64,000 bases of DNA. Source: Eukaryota sp. GEM-RC1. Lineage: Eukaryota. The number at the start of each line of letters is the position of its first letter. Position 1 is the stretch's first letter. Below the pieces are notes generated by a model. It saw only the letters and a list, made by a program, of their open reading frames with translations. It did no database searches and was not told where the DNA came from. Both the position numbers and the translations under genes were made by a program. The DNA lies in assembly GCA_040285855.1 (NCBI GenBank), contig JAUFOQ010000002.1, positions 1,178,001 to 1,242,000 on the forward strand. The letters are read 5' to 3'. Below, piece by piece: positions 25,480 to 38,650 of this stretch.

Positions 25480-28400
25480 TCAAGTATCTTGACTTCTCTC
25501 TTTGACTAGTGGAGAGAGTCAATCTAGAGAGATTGGAAGATAACATTGAGAAAGAATGGTAGGATTCGGGAGATCCTCTTGGGAAACTAAAGAAGAACGC
25601 AGTGACACAAAGTTGCCGTACAACGAGAAGACTTTCTGAAAAGTTACCAATACACCATAATCTTCCGAAGTACATCAGCGTAAGAAGACATGACGATGTA
25701 CGAAATGAGGAGAGAGGAAGGGGAGGAGTGGTAGGTCAAAATTGCAAGAGAAGAAAGTGGACGGTCAGAAATGTAGATGTGAAGGTCATAAAGAATTCAA
25801 ATTTGAAAATTCACTGGGTCAAAAACACATGAAATTCTCTAAAATATTGCAAATATTTTTGATCGAAGGGGTGGCCTTCTATTAGATGTGGATTTGGGGG
25901 TGGCGTCAGGGGTTTGAAATAGGGCATGGTCCCATATCCATAATTCCCCATAATGGCCATACCATAAGTATGGAACGTCAAAATCAATTATGGCTTATCA
26001 TGGCCATATATGGGGGTCCATAATTTCTAGATTTCAATTAACCAACTTATGTGGAAACTGCAGTAATATATACATTTAAACTGTGGATTTTAGGGTTCTG
26101 TGCTCGGTAAAACTTATAAAATATTGTTTTTTTAACAAAAACTGTTCAATTAATGTTATTTCGTTGAGTGAAAATACTGGTATTATTGTCACATAATTTT
26201 CTTAGCGCCCCATGCAATATCCCTCTAAGAAGAATGCAAAAGTACAGAGTTTGACCTTGTCACTAATCGTGTTCAAGTTTGAGAGACCTATTTCACCAAA
26301 CTTCATCGTTCACACGACCGACACTCTACCCGTAATATAAAGCAGAACTGGGATCTTTACCATTGTTACTGCTCCACATTTAGAAATCATGAATGCTTTG
26401 ATGGCATTGAGTATTAGATCATCTTTTTTTATTTTCGAATAAATGTACGGTGAGAAAAATAAATTTAGAAATCAATAACAGGGCAAATGTATTGGCAATC
26501 TTTGGAGCCATATTTGTACAGAGCATTCTGACCTCTCTAACTATGAATAGTTGATCACAAAGGACGGTACGCGACCACTAAACACCTTACTGCATATTGA
26601 TAGGTCAAAACGTAACTTTGGGTGGTGAGAGCTAATTATGACTACCCCCGGGAGGTTTCTTTCGTGAGGATGAGATGATTCAACATTATGTTACCCTCAA
26701 AGTCTGTTTCATCCATTTTGAAAGACGACAATGATGAAGAGTAGCTTATTATAGACTAGTGGTAAGAAGTATGTTATTTAAGGTGTGATTCCTTGATAAT
26801 TTGTATTGAAAATAAAGCTGTATTGTTATTGTTGTTGAGATGGGGTCCATAATGGCCATAAGTATGGGAAGCGTAATTGATTATGGCCATTATGGCGGAA
26901 AATGATTTGTACACAATCCATAATATGGCCCATGCCATATTGTTGTATTAGATGTTTTAGAGTATTTATCCATTTTGTATATTTAGTTGTATATTTAGGT
27001 TCCTTCATAAACAAACTTGAAGTATATTTTCTGCTATGATTGTGGAACTCCATCGAGCCTCCTAATTATAGATTGTGATTGAGAAACTCAGTCAAGAGAA
27101 TCCAGTAGTCGCAAATTGTTCAACTGATGAAAATCAGACGTCTGTTGTTAATCAACATTAATTCCCACAAATATACGGTCTATTGTTAAATGATCCTCAA
27201 TATAGCTATGGAAACGGAAACACAAGATAAATACAAAAACCCTTTAATGACTCTTAAACATGTGAAACGTGTTGAATATGAAATATGTACTTTGGATGTA
27301 TCAATTTACGATCGTTTAGGAAAAAGTGGACTCAATTTTCAAAATGATGATAAAAAGAGTCGTAAAAGAGGATGAACAACCGTTTTGATCATATGTTAGT
27401 ATATTGTATTCTGTTTGTAGAACAATTCACGGAATTGTTCGCTAAGCCTCTACTATCAGTGAGTTCCTTTTTGGAGTAAATAACTGTGACCATGTGACAA
27501 ACAAGACAGAATGTAAATTTATCTTTTACATTCTTTCAGATTGAGTCATATAAATCGTTCGAAAATACACACACAATAGTAAGTATTGATCGAGTTTAGT
27601 CTTCAATTCGAATTTATCACCATATTTTGCGTATTTCGACCCCCACATGCACCACAAATATCACTCACAACTATCACAATTATCACTCACAAATCAGTCT
27701 TTTTGTGATACCTGTGAATCACAAAAATCACTCACAAATATCACATCACAAAAAAGTGTGATACCCAAGTATGGTTATATAACATGCTATGGTTTCAAAA
27801 GCAGTTTTAGTTCGTAGTATTTGATACGGAACATATATTTAGTCGGAATAGAATTTAATGACAATAAATCTTTTTTGAGTTTTCCGGTCTTCTGTATTTT
27901 CGATGAATTCTCTAGATTTCATCTTGCTATCTATCACTGTTGTTTTCATCTGATATTCTGGAGTTGACTTCGTTCTCTTATAGCAGTGATCGTCAAAATA
28001 TAAAAACATAAATACGGCAATCTTCTGACGACTCCGTAAATGATTTCCGTATTTTATGAATGTTATATTTTACGGCAAGAATAGTATTTTCCGTAAATAA
28101 TTGCAATACAGAACCGTATTTCACCGTAGAAGGACTTTTGTTTTTACAACTTTCTAGTACAAGAATTGGTAGCATACTGTTCGTATGTTTGTGATGAAAA
28201 CCATAGTCACAATCATATTTATTACTAACACCACAATCCTCTGATTTTCGTTTTGGAAAGAATTGGAACTATATTTTATTGAGGTTCTGAAGAGTCAAAA
28301 CTTTGACAGTCATCCAAATTAGGCGTTTTTCAATTCATATGATGACCTTTACTTGACCTTTGACTTGAAATCTACATTTTGATTTATGCTTTACCTAACC

Positions 28401-28653
28401 AAAAACCGTAAAACTCAGTCAAAACAAAATATTTCTTTCACAATTGTGAACACAAACAGTACATTGTGTATGATAATCTATTTCTGATTATTTAAAACAA
28501 GAAACTCACACATAAACTGTCAAATGTTTGACCAGGTGTTTTATGCCTTTTATTTTTCTCGATTAGTTGAGAAATTATACAAGTTTGGTGTGAAGGTCAA
28601 TGTTGAAAAACGTAGTCTTTTACCGGATGGGGATGAAGTCGTTTTGATTTAGT
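25480..28653. repeat. Segmental duplication, copy 2
   Basis: Matches 1-3174; the same short ORFs recur in the ORF track. Confidence 0.97.
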
Positions 28654-29173
28654 CTTAGTCTTAGTATTGTTTGTTTGTTTTTGCAATTTCTTAGTTTGGT
28701 AGGAAGGTTATTTTATTGAATACCGATTAAAGTAGGTCAATGTTTGACCTTGACCTGACCTTTGACCTGAAGGGTAGGACTATACTTGGACCTGAAATAA
28801 CCACTAACCATCTGACCTTTTAACAACCTAATTTAAATAGTCAGTTTAGACTTGATAATGAAGATTGGTGTATCCCTTACCCTTCTTAATCCAAGTGAAC
28901 AAATGGGGTGACGGTACTTGCACTTCTAGCAGTCAGATCAGATTACAGAATGGTTCTTGTGGGGAATCTTCCCGTGAAGAAATGTTTGATAATAACGTCA
29001 TATTCTGATCTTGGCATTGTTTACGGAAAAATACGTAATTTACGGAATTGTTTTTCGTAGTTTCCCTCATTTACGGGAAACTCTATTTTACGGAAAACAA
29101 CAGTTGGTACCGTACCGTATTTATGGCAATTGCATAAATACGGAATTTATATTTTACGGTTTGACGATCACTG
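27984..29173. mobile_element. hAT-like MITE (1190 bp)
   Basis: TIR CAGTGATCGTCAAA, TSD TCTTATAG/CCTTATAG (7/8), TTACGG subterminal repeats. Confidence 0.88.
28542..28731 (+). mobile_element. 5'-truncated 3' end of the CRE-like non-LTR retroelement, inside the MITE
   Basis: Clearly similar to ~39473-39654 (ORF end plus 3' UTR ending ACCGA(T/A)TAAA). Confidence 0.75.
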
Positions 29174-29346
29174 CCTTATAGTACACAATTGGTTATAGGA
29201 TTCCTATATCAGTAGCTTACAAGGAAGGTTCTACAACGGCTTTATTGACAATCCAAAATATGTACAATGCCATAGAGCAATACTGTCAGTTGGAGAGAAA
29301 GATTTTGAATTCATTCTTTCTCTGACTTTTACACATCATTATCATT

Positions 29347-30330
29347 ATGTCTATCCTTGAGCGTGTTGACCGTCAAGCAATCAAACAGTTTTTGCGTAAT
29401 GAGCTTTCAAGTGCTTCTATATCCGACCCTGATTCTATTATCGAATATGTACTCGCACTTCTTGACAGAAAACAAAACATTGATGATGCACGAGATGCTA
29501 TTCTTGACACACTTTCTACAGACTTTGCCATAGCGGAAGCTCCCGCAGTTTCGGAACGTTTCAGCTCTTTTCTATCTCATCTTTTAAAACCTGCTTACCA
29601 CGCTCCATCTCGAGACAGCAACTGGAGACAACCACGCAAAGCGGTGCAGCACCATCCTGAAAGAACTGACAGGAGGAGACGTAGAAGGAGTAGCGTGTCT
29701 CCTGAAACCACACAATATCATCACCCTTGTAGAATAGTTGTATCCCACATCCCAACACACATATTTAAAATATCTATATTGGCTCGACATTTTGAGACCT
29801 TTGGAGATATTGTTAATGTGTCACTGAAAAAGACATATGCTACCTTACAATTTTCAAATGATCAATCTGCCAAATCTGCATTTGAGTACGCCATCCCGTT
29901 TATTAAAGGTTGTGCAATAACATTAACTTACATGGGAAACTCGAGGACGAAGGAATCCCGTCCAGAAGTACGACCACCGCCAGTAAAAGTACCTAGAAAA
30001 GTAGAACCTAAGAAGGAAGTCCCCGAAACTCAAAAACAACGAGAGGAACTTGCAGCAACGCTTAACAGTTATCTAAAAATGGCTGCTGATTTAGATTCTG
30101 ATGAGAAAATTAAACCAGAGGAAAAGAACCAACTGATGGTCTCCATTATAGCCAACATTGAAGATGTTAGTGGGAAGTTAAAGGCACTTTCACAAGATGA
30201 TGTTACTTCACCCACAGCTGACAGTAAGGAGCCTGTTAGTACAGAGGAGACAGTGAGTAGGGGTTTTTCAGATGATGAGGAGGGCAGGTTGAGTGAGTCT
30301 CCGTCCCTGGAAGATTCTGAACAAGAGTAG
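29347..30330 (+). CDS. PWI + RRM RNA-binding protein (RBM26/27-like)
   Basis: N-terminal SDPDSIIEYVLALL (PWI-like), Arg-rich linker, RRM HFETFGDIVNV...ATLQFSNDQSAKSA. Confidence 0.75.
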   Translation: MSILERVDRQAIKQFLRNELSSASISDPDSIIEYVLALLDRKQNIDDARDAILDTLSTDFAIAEAPAVSERFSSFLSHLLKPAYHAPSRDSNWRQPRKAVQHHPERTDRRRRRRSSVSPETTQYHHPCRIVVSHIPTHIFKISILARHFETFGDIVNVSLKKTYATLQFSNDQSAKSAFEYAIPFIKGCAITLTYMGNSRTKESRPEVRPPPVKVPRKVEPKKEVPETQKQREELAATLNSYLKMAADLDSDEKIKPEEKNQLMVSIIANIEDVSGKLKALSQDDVTSPTADSKEPVSTEETVSRGFSDDEEGRLSESPSLEDSEQE

Positions 30331-30653
30331 CTTTAGTTATTATTTCAATTTAATTTTATAAAAACAGAAAATTATTGGAAACTCTCTCATCTTCTGTTGA
30401 ATCTCTTGATGACTTTGACATTAAATCGTTTCAAAGACAATTATTAGTTGCGACACGGTCAGTATTCTGCTTCTATGAAAATACGAAAGAGAAGCCAATG
30501 ATTGATGACTAAGTATAAACAATTTTCTTCTTTCATTTTCTGAATTAGTATGTATTAATTTATTGTTGCAAATAAACTCTTAGAACTTTTAAAAGTATAA
30601 ACAATCAAAATCTAAAATGTGTTTTATTTAAATATCTGCAGATATAGTACAAC

Positions 30654-32225
30654 TTAAATCTTCACTTCAAAATTTTCCACTTTTTCTAGAATATGCTGAG
30701 AATACCCAGGAGAATAAAATCTTACAATATCCTCTGGGAAACACGCGTTAATAACACCTACCAATTCCTGAATAGTAGACAAATCATGAGACAATTGCTG
30801 TTCTTCGACAGCCGCCTTGATCTCCTGTAATCGTTGTAAACCTCCACTAACAACAAACTCCTTCCTAGCTTCAACGTTACTTGGCAAAACCTTCGAAAAC
30901 TGCTCCAGAGTTGACACTAGAATACTTGGAATAATATCTTCATCCTTTATTATACAGTCAAGTGCTCCAAGTTCTGCAGTCATTTGAATAACACTCTTGA
31001 GAGCTCGACTTCCCTTGGCGACTAAATCGTCAGAGGTGGCACCGTGGATCAAAGCTAGAACGCGAGGGACAAATCCCACATCATTGAGAGCTTTGGCGTG
31101 GTCTGGAGAGTGACGTCCTAGTTGGCCCAGAGTCCAGACAGCAGAAGCCTTGACATGGTCTTCTCTGCATACATCAATGAGATCAAGAAGAGATTCTGGC
31201 ACCTTCTCAACGATAATAGAGAGAGCGGAAGTGGCAGAAAAGGCTGAAATGAAACCAACAGCCATAACTGCAGGTAAAGCATCTGCAGGCTCGGAAGTCA
31301 GACAGTCGTTGATATACTCAGCAAAGGAGACAACCCCACCTTGATTAACAACAAGAGCAGCAATCTCAGGACTCATTTTAGTAAGTTCACGTAGTAGAAT
31401 GGTAGAGTTCTTACGTACCTTAGCGTCACGATCCTTTACCAGTCTAATCGCTCTGGGGACAACTTCACACTCAATGACAGCCTCCGCTAGTTCTAGAGAG
31501 TGTTTAGCAATGTTACCAAGGGAAGCGAGGACTTGCCGGCGAAGCTTCTCGTCAGCGTTTTGGATGTAGTTTGAGAGGTTGGAGATGGCACCACAGTCAG
31601 CAGCAGCGGTGGCGAGATCGGCTGAATGTTTACAAATGTCACCAATGGCTGTAGCGGCGACTCGTTTGAGAGCAAGTTCGGGGTCTTGGAGAGTCAAGAC
31701 AAGATTGGAAAGGACAGAGTTATCAGCTACGTGTAAAGCAAGTTCGGCGTTGTGGCGAGCAATGTGACAGAGAGCCCATGCTGCTGATTCCTTAAGTCCA
31801 GGGTCAAATTCAGTAAGAGCAGCAGAGAGGAACTCAAGGGCACCTGAATCAACAATGGCCTGGGCAAGTGATGATGTGTGACGGGCGACGCAACGAATAA
31901 CGAGACATGCTGCTTTCTTAAGGTGCACTGTAACACCAGTATTTTCAGCGGCAAGAGTAGAGATGATGGTAGGAAGGATGTTTTCGGTAACAATGGATTC
32001 GGCGACTTCATCAGATAGATTGGCAAGTCTGCCAAGAGCAAGCATAGCTGATTGAGCGATTGAGGGTACGCTATCCATAATGAGAGAACGTAGAAGAATG
32101 AGTACATTAGCGTTGATTAGAGGTTCAACATTTTGAGGACGAGTAGATAACTCCGCAACTGTTTGAACGAAGTTACTTCTCGAACGCTGGTACTCCTCAA
32201 AAGCGAGAAGAATAGACTTGGACAT
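30654..32225 (-). CDS. SPAG6: Axonemal central-pair armadillo-repeat protein PF16/SPAG6
   Basis: FEEYQRSRSNFVQTVAELSTRPQN N-terminus, ARM repeats, CFPEDIVRFYSPGYS C-terminus. Confidence 0.96.
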   Translation of the reverse strand: MSKSILLAFEEYQRSRSNFVQTVAELSTRPQNVEPLINANVLILLRSLIMDSVPSIAQSAMLALGRLANLSDEVAESIVTENILPTIISTLAAENTGVTVHLKKAACLVIRCVARHTSSLAQAIVDSGALEFLSAALTEFDPGLKESAAWALCHIARHNAELALHVADNSVLSNLVLTLQDPELALKRVAATAIGDICKHSADLATAAADCGAISNLSNYIQNADEKLRRQVLASLGNIAKHSLELAEAVIECEVVPRAIRLVKDRDAKVRKNSTILLRELTKMSPEIAALVVNQGGVVSFAEYINDCLTSEPADALPAVMAVGFISAFSATSALSIIVEKVPESLLDLIDVCREDHVKASAVWTLGQLGRHSPDHAKALNDVGFVPRVLALIHGATSDDLVAKGSRALKSVIQMTAELGALDCIIKDEDIIPSILVSTLEQFSKVLPSNVEARKEFVVSGGLQRLQEIKAAVEEQQLSHDLSTIQELVGVINACFPEDIVRFYSPGYSQHILEKVENFEVKI

Positions 32226-32817
32226 GGGAAGGGCGGGAAAATGTTTTCAATTTGTATCCTCAACAATTGAAGTGCTGTTCAACGTGATTAATAGAATTCT
32301 GTTGATCTAACAAGGATATTTTATCACTACAAAACATCGACTATAACGTAGTATGGTGCAATACTACATGTCAAATTCATGTCGTATTACTCTTGAGGTT
32401 GGCTTGTAAGGCCGGTCTAATAGAAAGGCCTTTACTGGTATTATTTTTAGTATTAATGGGTACTGTAAAAAGCATTACAAAGTACTGTTAATTAAGTCTC
32501 AATTATTCTTAAACTCTTAATTTATTCTAAATGTAATAGACTAAACAACTATTATTTGATATCATTCAAACAACACCCGTCGCTAACAAATCTTACAACA
32601 GCTTTGTATTCTTATTGGGGAAGAAAAAGACTAAACAACTTTAATCTGTGAAACTGGAACTTTGCGTGTCATCAATTAACACTGATAAACATCCACTTTA
32701 ATACAATTAGTATACAACAAATTTAAAATACAACAAAATTAGCAAAATAAATAAGAAATACAGTTTGTTCACAAAAACTTCATGAACCTAATTACAATCA
32801 TCAACATAAGCACTTGC

Positions 32818-34433
32818 CTAAACTAAAGCCAATACAATTGAAACACTTAGAACAACAATCAGACCCACGGTAACCTCGTATCGCCCTTGCTCCTTATAAA
32901 AAGGATGGAACCAATCCCTGGGAAACTTTGGTAGAAACGATGGGAGAGGAGGAACAAAAGGAGAAGCATCAGCATCATACTCAACAAACGAAACTCTGGA
33001 ATTCAGTAATAAAGCAACATTATCCTCACACTGATCATAAGTAAAACACTGTGGAAACCAATCAAAGGTTCTCAACCTTCGATGTACAGCCACGATAGAA
33101 TATTGAGGATTAGTTAATGATCCCGATTGAGTGTACATTATTAACATTTGTATAGACCTTGGAACAGAAGAACAATATCCATTAAATCCAGAATCATCGG
33201 TGACTGTCATGTCAACGTCATGGATTGAGATCCAGTGTTCGTCATCTTCTAGCGTAGAGTTACCATACATTGAGACTAAGAATCCGGTATCAATCTGGGC
33301 TTTAAGGTTTTTAAGGGCCAGTGAACGTACTTGATTGCAATCAATGTCTGTAACATCAACGGTGACTCTGCAAGACGAGTCAAAATCACGAAGAAAAGCA
33401 ACAGGTGAGGTGACGTTTGCATCACAGTCAGTCAGAGCAGATGAAACAGTCAAAAACGTGATATCAGTTTGATTATGAGCTTCACTAGGAATCACTGGAA
33501 CGAACCTTCCTGGAATATACCCGGGGTTACCCCCCTTATAAGTCACGTGATCAGTCTCATTCCTAGGTTTATCATAGAAAACATTGACTGAAAGAACATT
33601 ATTTGATCCAATCACAACGTCATTGTAGCTAAAACTGATACGACCACCAGTTAGTGTACCCTCGTGATGAACTAAGTAGAGATCAATGTGATTGATAACA
33701 GACATGCAGTGATCGCTATCAACGACTGGGTCATTAACCGCAGAGAAAGGTTCAATGTAATCACCATCAACTGAATACAAGTCTAAGACGAGTGGTGTCC
33801 CATCAGGAGAAGAGAGAATTGAGAAATGGTTAAGAAAGCTATGAGCTGATGTACAGTCTGAAGTGGAGGTTATTGGGATAGAACAGTAGGAGTTAAGGTT
33901 GTTCAAGAAGGAGAGGGGGAACAAGGAGCAGGAAGAGCCCCCAAGAGAGGTAGGTAAGGCAGCAAAGCCAAAGGAAGATCCAAGATGATCCAATGGGTTA
34001 TAGAAGGAAGTAAGAGATGGTGGTTGGGGATTTAGAGATGGGAAAAGAGATGATTTTGGGTGTTCCGATAGCAATTCAGAGGCTCGAGAAGAAGAAAAGG
34101 TGGGAGGAGAGGGAAAGAAATACCCTGCAAGCTGAGTGTTGATGTATAAGACACAAGTTGCAACATCCGCAGTTTCTACAGCAAAATTAACAGAACGTAC
34201 ATTGTAATTGGAAGGACAGAATTGGACGGTGGGATGAGAAAGATAGGGTCGAAAGCATTGGTCTCCAAAAGATTCTATGTCGAAGGTTGAACAATCTGGA
34301 TCACAGCAACAGAATGGGTCACAGTAATTACCTGTTAAGTCACAGAGACAAGAAGCTAATTCTGTATTAGCTGGAAGACAGTGTATCAGGATAGATAACT
34401 GTAAGAATATTAGAAGGCCAAAAAAGGAGACAT
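32818..34433 (-). CDS. TCTN: Tectonic-family ciliary transition-zone protein
   Basis: Frame is open upstream of the track ORF and encodes CLCDLTGNYCDPFCCCDPDC; also GNPGY, LPKFPRDWFHPF and a C-terminal hydrophobic tail. ATG at 34433 needs a 1-nt fix in a T6 run. Confidence 0.9.
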
Positions 34434-34793
34434 CAGATAATGGTTTGATGCTTATAAACGAAGTGAACTGTATTTGATCACTGAACTAGAAGAGAGGTTG
34501 GGAATTGTAAATCTCTCAATTCAACTGGAAGCGGACGATCATTTCAAATGGAAAGTTTCGGCAATAAGTTTATGTAATTACTTTTTGAAGAGAACTACCG
34601 TCATCTTGTATCTCGGTATTTTTGGAAAAGAGATATAGGCATCTCTCACATTACGGTTAAATAGATCTTCGTAAAATGCTCCAACATCCTTTACTTATTG
34701 CCCGCATAACGTTGATAAAAGTGGACTGTAATACATTTGTATAAAAAGAAGAAAATTGCATTTCCTTCAGTTGTTTTTCATATTCATTACTCA

Positions 34794-37265
34794 ATGAGCG
34801 ACAGTCCTCTCACTATGAGTCAGCTCTACAGCAGTCCTAGACCTACACGACCTTCTTTCTCTTCTACTGTTGTTCCACAGCATCAGTCTACAGCCGGTTC
34901 TAAACGTCGTTCTGTTGGCTATGAACCACCTCGACAAAAGGATAGACAGGAACACCGCTCTCCTGAACAAACCGTTGGACGAATAATGGAGATTTTGTCA
35001 TCAATTGAGTCTCCATTAGCAGCTACACACAGAACCTTCTCTTCCACTACATCTCAATCATCTCTAGGAACCACTGCGAGATCTTCTCCTCGACCAGTCC
35101 GTCACATCTACTCACTTTCACGTAGGCAGAACCTAAGGAAGGGTGCTCTGAACATTAAACCCTCTCTTTCCACTGAGAGCAAGTCTAGACTCCAATGTTC
35201 TCTTCCTTCTCCTTTGTTTAGAAAGTCTTTTAGTGAGTCATTGGCTAAAGTTGAACAACAAAAACAACTTCAAGCAGCAAGATCCTTAAAAACGAGTTCT
35301 GTGGATAGTACTTTGTCTTCTTCTCTAGAGGTTCCCGCTACTACATCTCTTAAAGACAAGGAACCCGGTAATGGTTTTACTTTCGCTCCTAGAGCCGATG
35401 AGAAAGCTGAAACTTCGTCATTCACTTTTGGTCAAACAAAAGCTGAAGAGCAAAAAGCTGGTGAAAAAGCTGAAACTTCGTCATTTACTTTTGGTCAAAC
35501 AAAAGCTGAAGAGCAAAAAGCTGGTGAAAAAGCTGAAACTTCGTCATTTACTTTTGGTCAAACAAAAGCTGAAGAGCAAAAAGCTGGTGAAAAAGCTGAA
35601 ACTTCGTCATTTACTTTTGGTCAAACAAAACCTGAAGATCAGAAGACCACTACTGGATTTGGTTTCACTCCAAAAACTGCTGAAAAAACTAAACCTTCTC
35701 CACTTGTTTTCGGACAAGCTAAGCCTATGGAACAAAAGGCTGAGAAAAAAACAGAACCTTCCGCTTCTTCCTTCGGCCAGACTAAACCTGAAGAACCAAA
35801 AGCCACTCCAAAGGCTGATGAAAAACAGAACCTTCCACGTTTACTTTCGGTCAACCTAAACCTGAAGAACCGAAAGCCACTACAGGTTTTGGTTTCACTC
35901 CAAAGGCTGATGAAAAAACAGAAACTTCTCCGTTTACTTTCGGTCAAGCTAAACCTGAAGAACCAAAAGCCACTACAGGTTTTGGTTTCACTCCAAAGGC
36001 TGATGAAAAAACAGAACCTTCCACGTTTACTTTCGGTCAACCTAAACCTGAAGAACCGAAAGCCACTACAGGTTTTGGTTTCACTCCAAAGGCTGATGAA
36101 AAACAGAAACTTCTCCGTTTACTTTCGGTCAAGCTAAACATGAAGAACCAAAAGCCACTGCAGGTCTTGGTTTCACTCCAAAGGCTGATGAAAAACAGAA
36201 ACTTCTCCGTTTACTTTCGGTCAAGCTAAACCCGAAGAACCAAAAGCCACTACAGGTTTTGGTTTCACTCCAAAGGCTGATGAAAAAACAGAAACTTCCA
36301 CGTTTACTTTCGGTCAACCTAAACCTGAAGAACCAAAAGCCACTGCAGGTTTTGGTTTCACTCCAAAGGCTGATGAAAAAACAGAAACTTCTCCGTTTAC
36401 TTTCGGTCAAGCTAAACCTGAAGAACCAAAAGCCACTGCAGGTTTTGGTTTCACTCCAAAGGCTGATGAAAAACAGAAACTTCTCCATTTACTTTCGGTC
36501 AAGCTAAACCTGAAGAACCAAAAGCCACTGCAGGTTTTGGTTTCACTCCAAAGGCTGATGAAAAACAGAAACTTCTCCATTTGGACTTCTTCAAAAACCT
36601 AAGCCTACAGATACTACGGGGGTTCTCCATTTGAAACCAAAACTGACCCCCAACCAAGCTCAGTCTTTGGTAGTTTTCCCAAACAGACTTCTCAAGTTTC
36701 TCCTTTTGGTGCTAGTCCATTTGGTACAACTTCATCATCAGATCCTAAACCATTTGGTACAACAAAGACAGACACTGCTCCATCTACTAGTGGTTTTGGT
36801 CCCTTTGGTGGTTTTCCAGCGACTTCTGCAGAAACACGTGCACCTGTCACATCAGATGTTCCTTCAAATCCCTTCGCTGCCCCCGTTCAACCCCCCGTCA
36901 CTTCCTTTGGAACTGAAGTGAAAGCTGGCACTGTTCCTCAAAATCCTTTTGAGTCATTTAATCCATCATCAAGCACATCTTCTATTCCAGCTAACCCTTT
37001 TGGCGGTGTGCCTACCCCGTCTGGTTCTCAGACTGTATCGTCCAATCCATTTGGAACTTCGTCTTCATTCAGTTCAAATCAGCCAATTTCGGCTGACTCT
37101 AATCCATTCGGTAGTTTCTCAGCTGCCCAGTCTTTTGGGCAACCTTCTGCTTCTACAAACCCATTTGGTGGTACTACTTCCTTACAAAATGCAATTAAGA
37201 CTTCTGGTGATGGTGATGGTCAAAAGGGATCAGGGACGAAAAGAAGAATACGTAGAATGAAGTAG
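34794..37265 (+). CDS. FG-repeat nucleoporin, Nup1/Nup153-like (frameshifted in the repeats)
   Basis: FTFG/FGF repeats with Lys/Glu spacers, then SNPFG repeats, then basic C-terminus KRRIRRMK. Confidence 0.8.
35398..36585 (+). repeat. Coding tandem repeats: 60-bp units (~x4) then 75-bp units (~x10)
   Basis: Units EKAETSSFTFGQTKAEEQKAG and KPEEPKATTGFGFTPKADEKTETSPFTFGQA. Confidence 0.9.
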
Positions 37266-37688
37266 TAGATCTCTTGGTTTTAGTTTTTTTATTTAGTTAA
37301 TTCATATGTCATTTGAATCATTGGAAAAACAACGGGATTGATGATGTGTGTTTGTGTGTTGAAATATAATTATATACTTGTTTGGTTCATTTAAAGGTTG
37401 GCTAGATTTGAGCCAGTTTTTCTAACATTCTAGATCATCAAATCTATGTGACATCTAAATGTTAATCTACATTTACACATACTGAAGTGGTTACAAAGAT
37501 TGGCGAGCATTCGATAGTAATGATATTGTTGCTAATATAAACAGCTAGAACACTCAACACCAAGTGTAAAACAGTGAAAGTAATTCTTGAAGTTCAAACT
37601 TTAACATAAGAGACAACAAACTCAAATATATCGTCTTCAGGTGCTACAAGTAGCGCCTCTCTAATCAGCACCACCGTACTCCTTAAAC

Positions 37689-38642
37689 CAGGGATGCGAA
37701 AAAATATATTGTTATTTTATTTATTTCAATAAATATTCACAATAAATTTATTGTTGGTCAAAACAATAACAATATATTTATTGTAGTCCCAGCAATAAAC
37801 AATAATATTGCAATAATATTGTTTATTGTGGCAATAATTTTCATCACTAAAATCATCCATCTGTTTGATGTTACATGCAATTTTGCTTCCATTTGGGAGT
37901 AAGAAAATGTGTTGTGGGGGCAGTAGTCCTCTGAAGAGCTTTCACTTCAGGAACAACCTAGACAAAAGAGTATACTATTTGTTTAAGTCAAATTGTTGAC
38001 TGTTTGGCTTGTAAACTGCCGTAGTTCAACAAAGTCTAAACGGCAATCAAGAACTGATGACCGTAAGAGTGAGAAACATTCAGAAGAACTTTTTGCGTGG
38101 GACATACCAAGCAAGTCGAACGACTATTTAATCGTACTAACGTGACTACTGAAACCCTTCGCAAAAGACTATATACATCAAGTCTGGAAAAACAACTTTT
38201 TTTGAAAAAAAACGGATTTATGTGCGGAGAAAAACACATAATAAGAAAACAACAAATAAATAAACACTATTAAAACAAATTATCAAACGAACTACCTAAT
38301 TTCGAAAAGTAGGTTGCCTCCAAACAACTTGGACAAAATGGAATCAACTCATCTTTTATTGATGTATAACTCTCATCTATGGTGGAGATACTGTTCGCAA
38401 AAGTCTTAATACTAACCCTTGAATTGGTTGTTGGACAATGAAGGAGATTTTACGGATGATGGTGAATAGACCACAAAAAAATGAGTCATTGGATTACGTA
38501 GAAATATTGCCAATATATTTATTTATTTATTTCCAAACTTGACAATACCAATATATTTATTGTTGGCCACAACAATAACAATATATTTATTTTCGTCGTG
38601 AACAATAATTTATTTAAATAAATATATTTTTTCGCATCCCTG
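37689..38642. mobile_element. hAT MITE (954 bp)
   Basis: Perfect 22-bp TIR CAGGGATGCGAAAAAATATATT; perfect TSD CCTTAAAC. Confidence 0.95.
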
Positions 38643-38650
38643 CCTTAAAC

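Larger units (their letters stand above)
20418..26962. mobile_element. Tc1/mariner-pogo-like element with TA TSD, internally degenerate, carrying nested insertions
   Basis: 21-bp TIR CTCTAAAACATCTAATACAAC (left TIR restored by removing hAT 2; right TIR ends 26962), TA at 20416-20417 and 26963-26964; inner repeats GGGGTGGC..CTATTAGAT at both ends. Confidence 0.8.
19537..27773. mobile_element. Old hAT-like non-autonomous element; outermost layer of a nested cluster
   Basis: 17-bp TIR CATACTTGGGTATCACA at both ends, ATCAC/TCACA subterminal repeats; TSD only partly matches (GTTAAAAT vs GTTATATA). Right end also duplicated at 2293. Confidence 0.6.

Noticed and set aside
23450..25860. Transposase gene inside the Tc1/pogo-like element
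   Set aside because: Only a faint HLQVADQ-like trace (~24345) amid many stops; not enough to call.
1..28653. The 3.17-kb direct repeats as LTRs or ends of one giant 28-kb element
   Set aside because: The repeat is a patchwork of TE ends, terminates mid-MITE, and shows no TG...CA ends, PPT or TSD; its left boundary is not visible.
30654..34433. PF16 and tectonic adjacency as a functional ciliary gene cluster
   Set aside because: Two neighbours are not enough in a compact genome with many flagellar genes.
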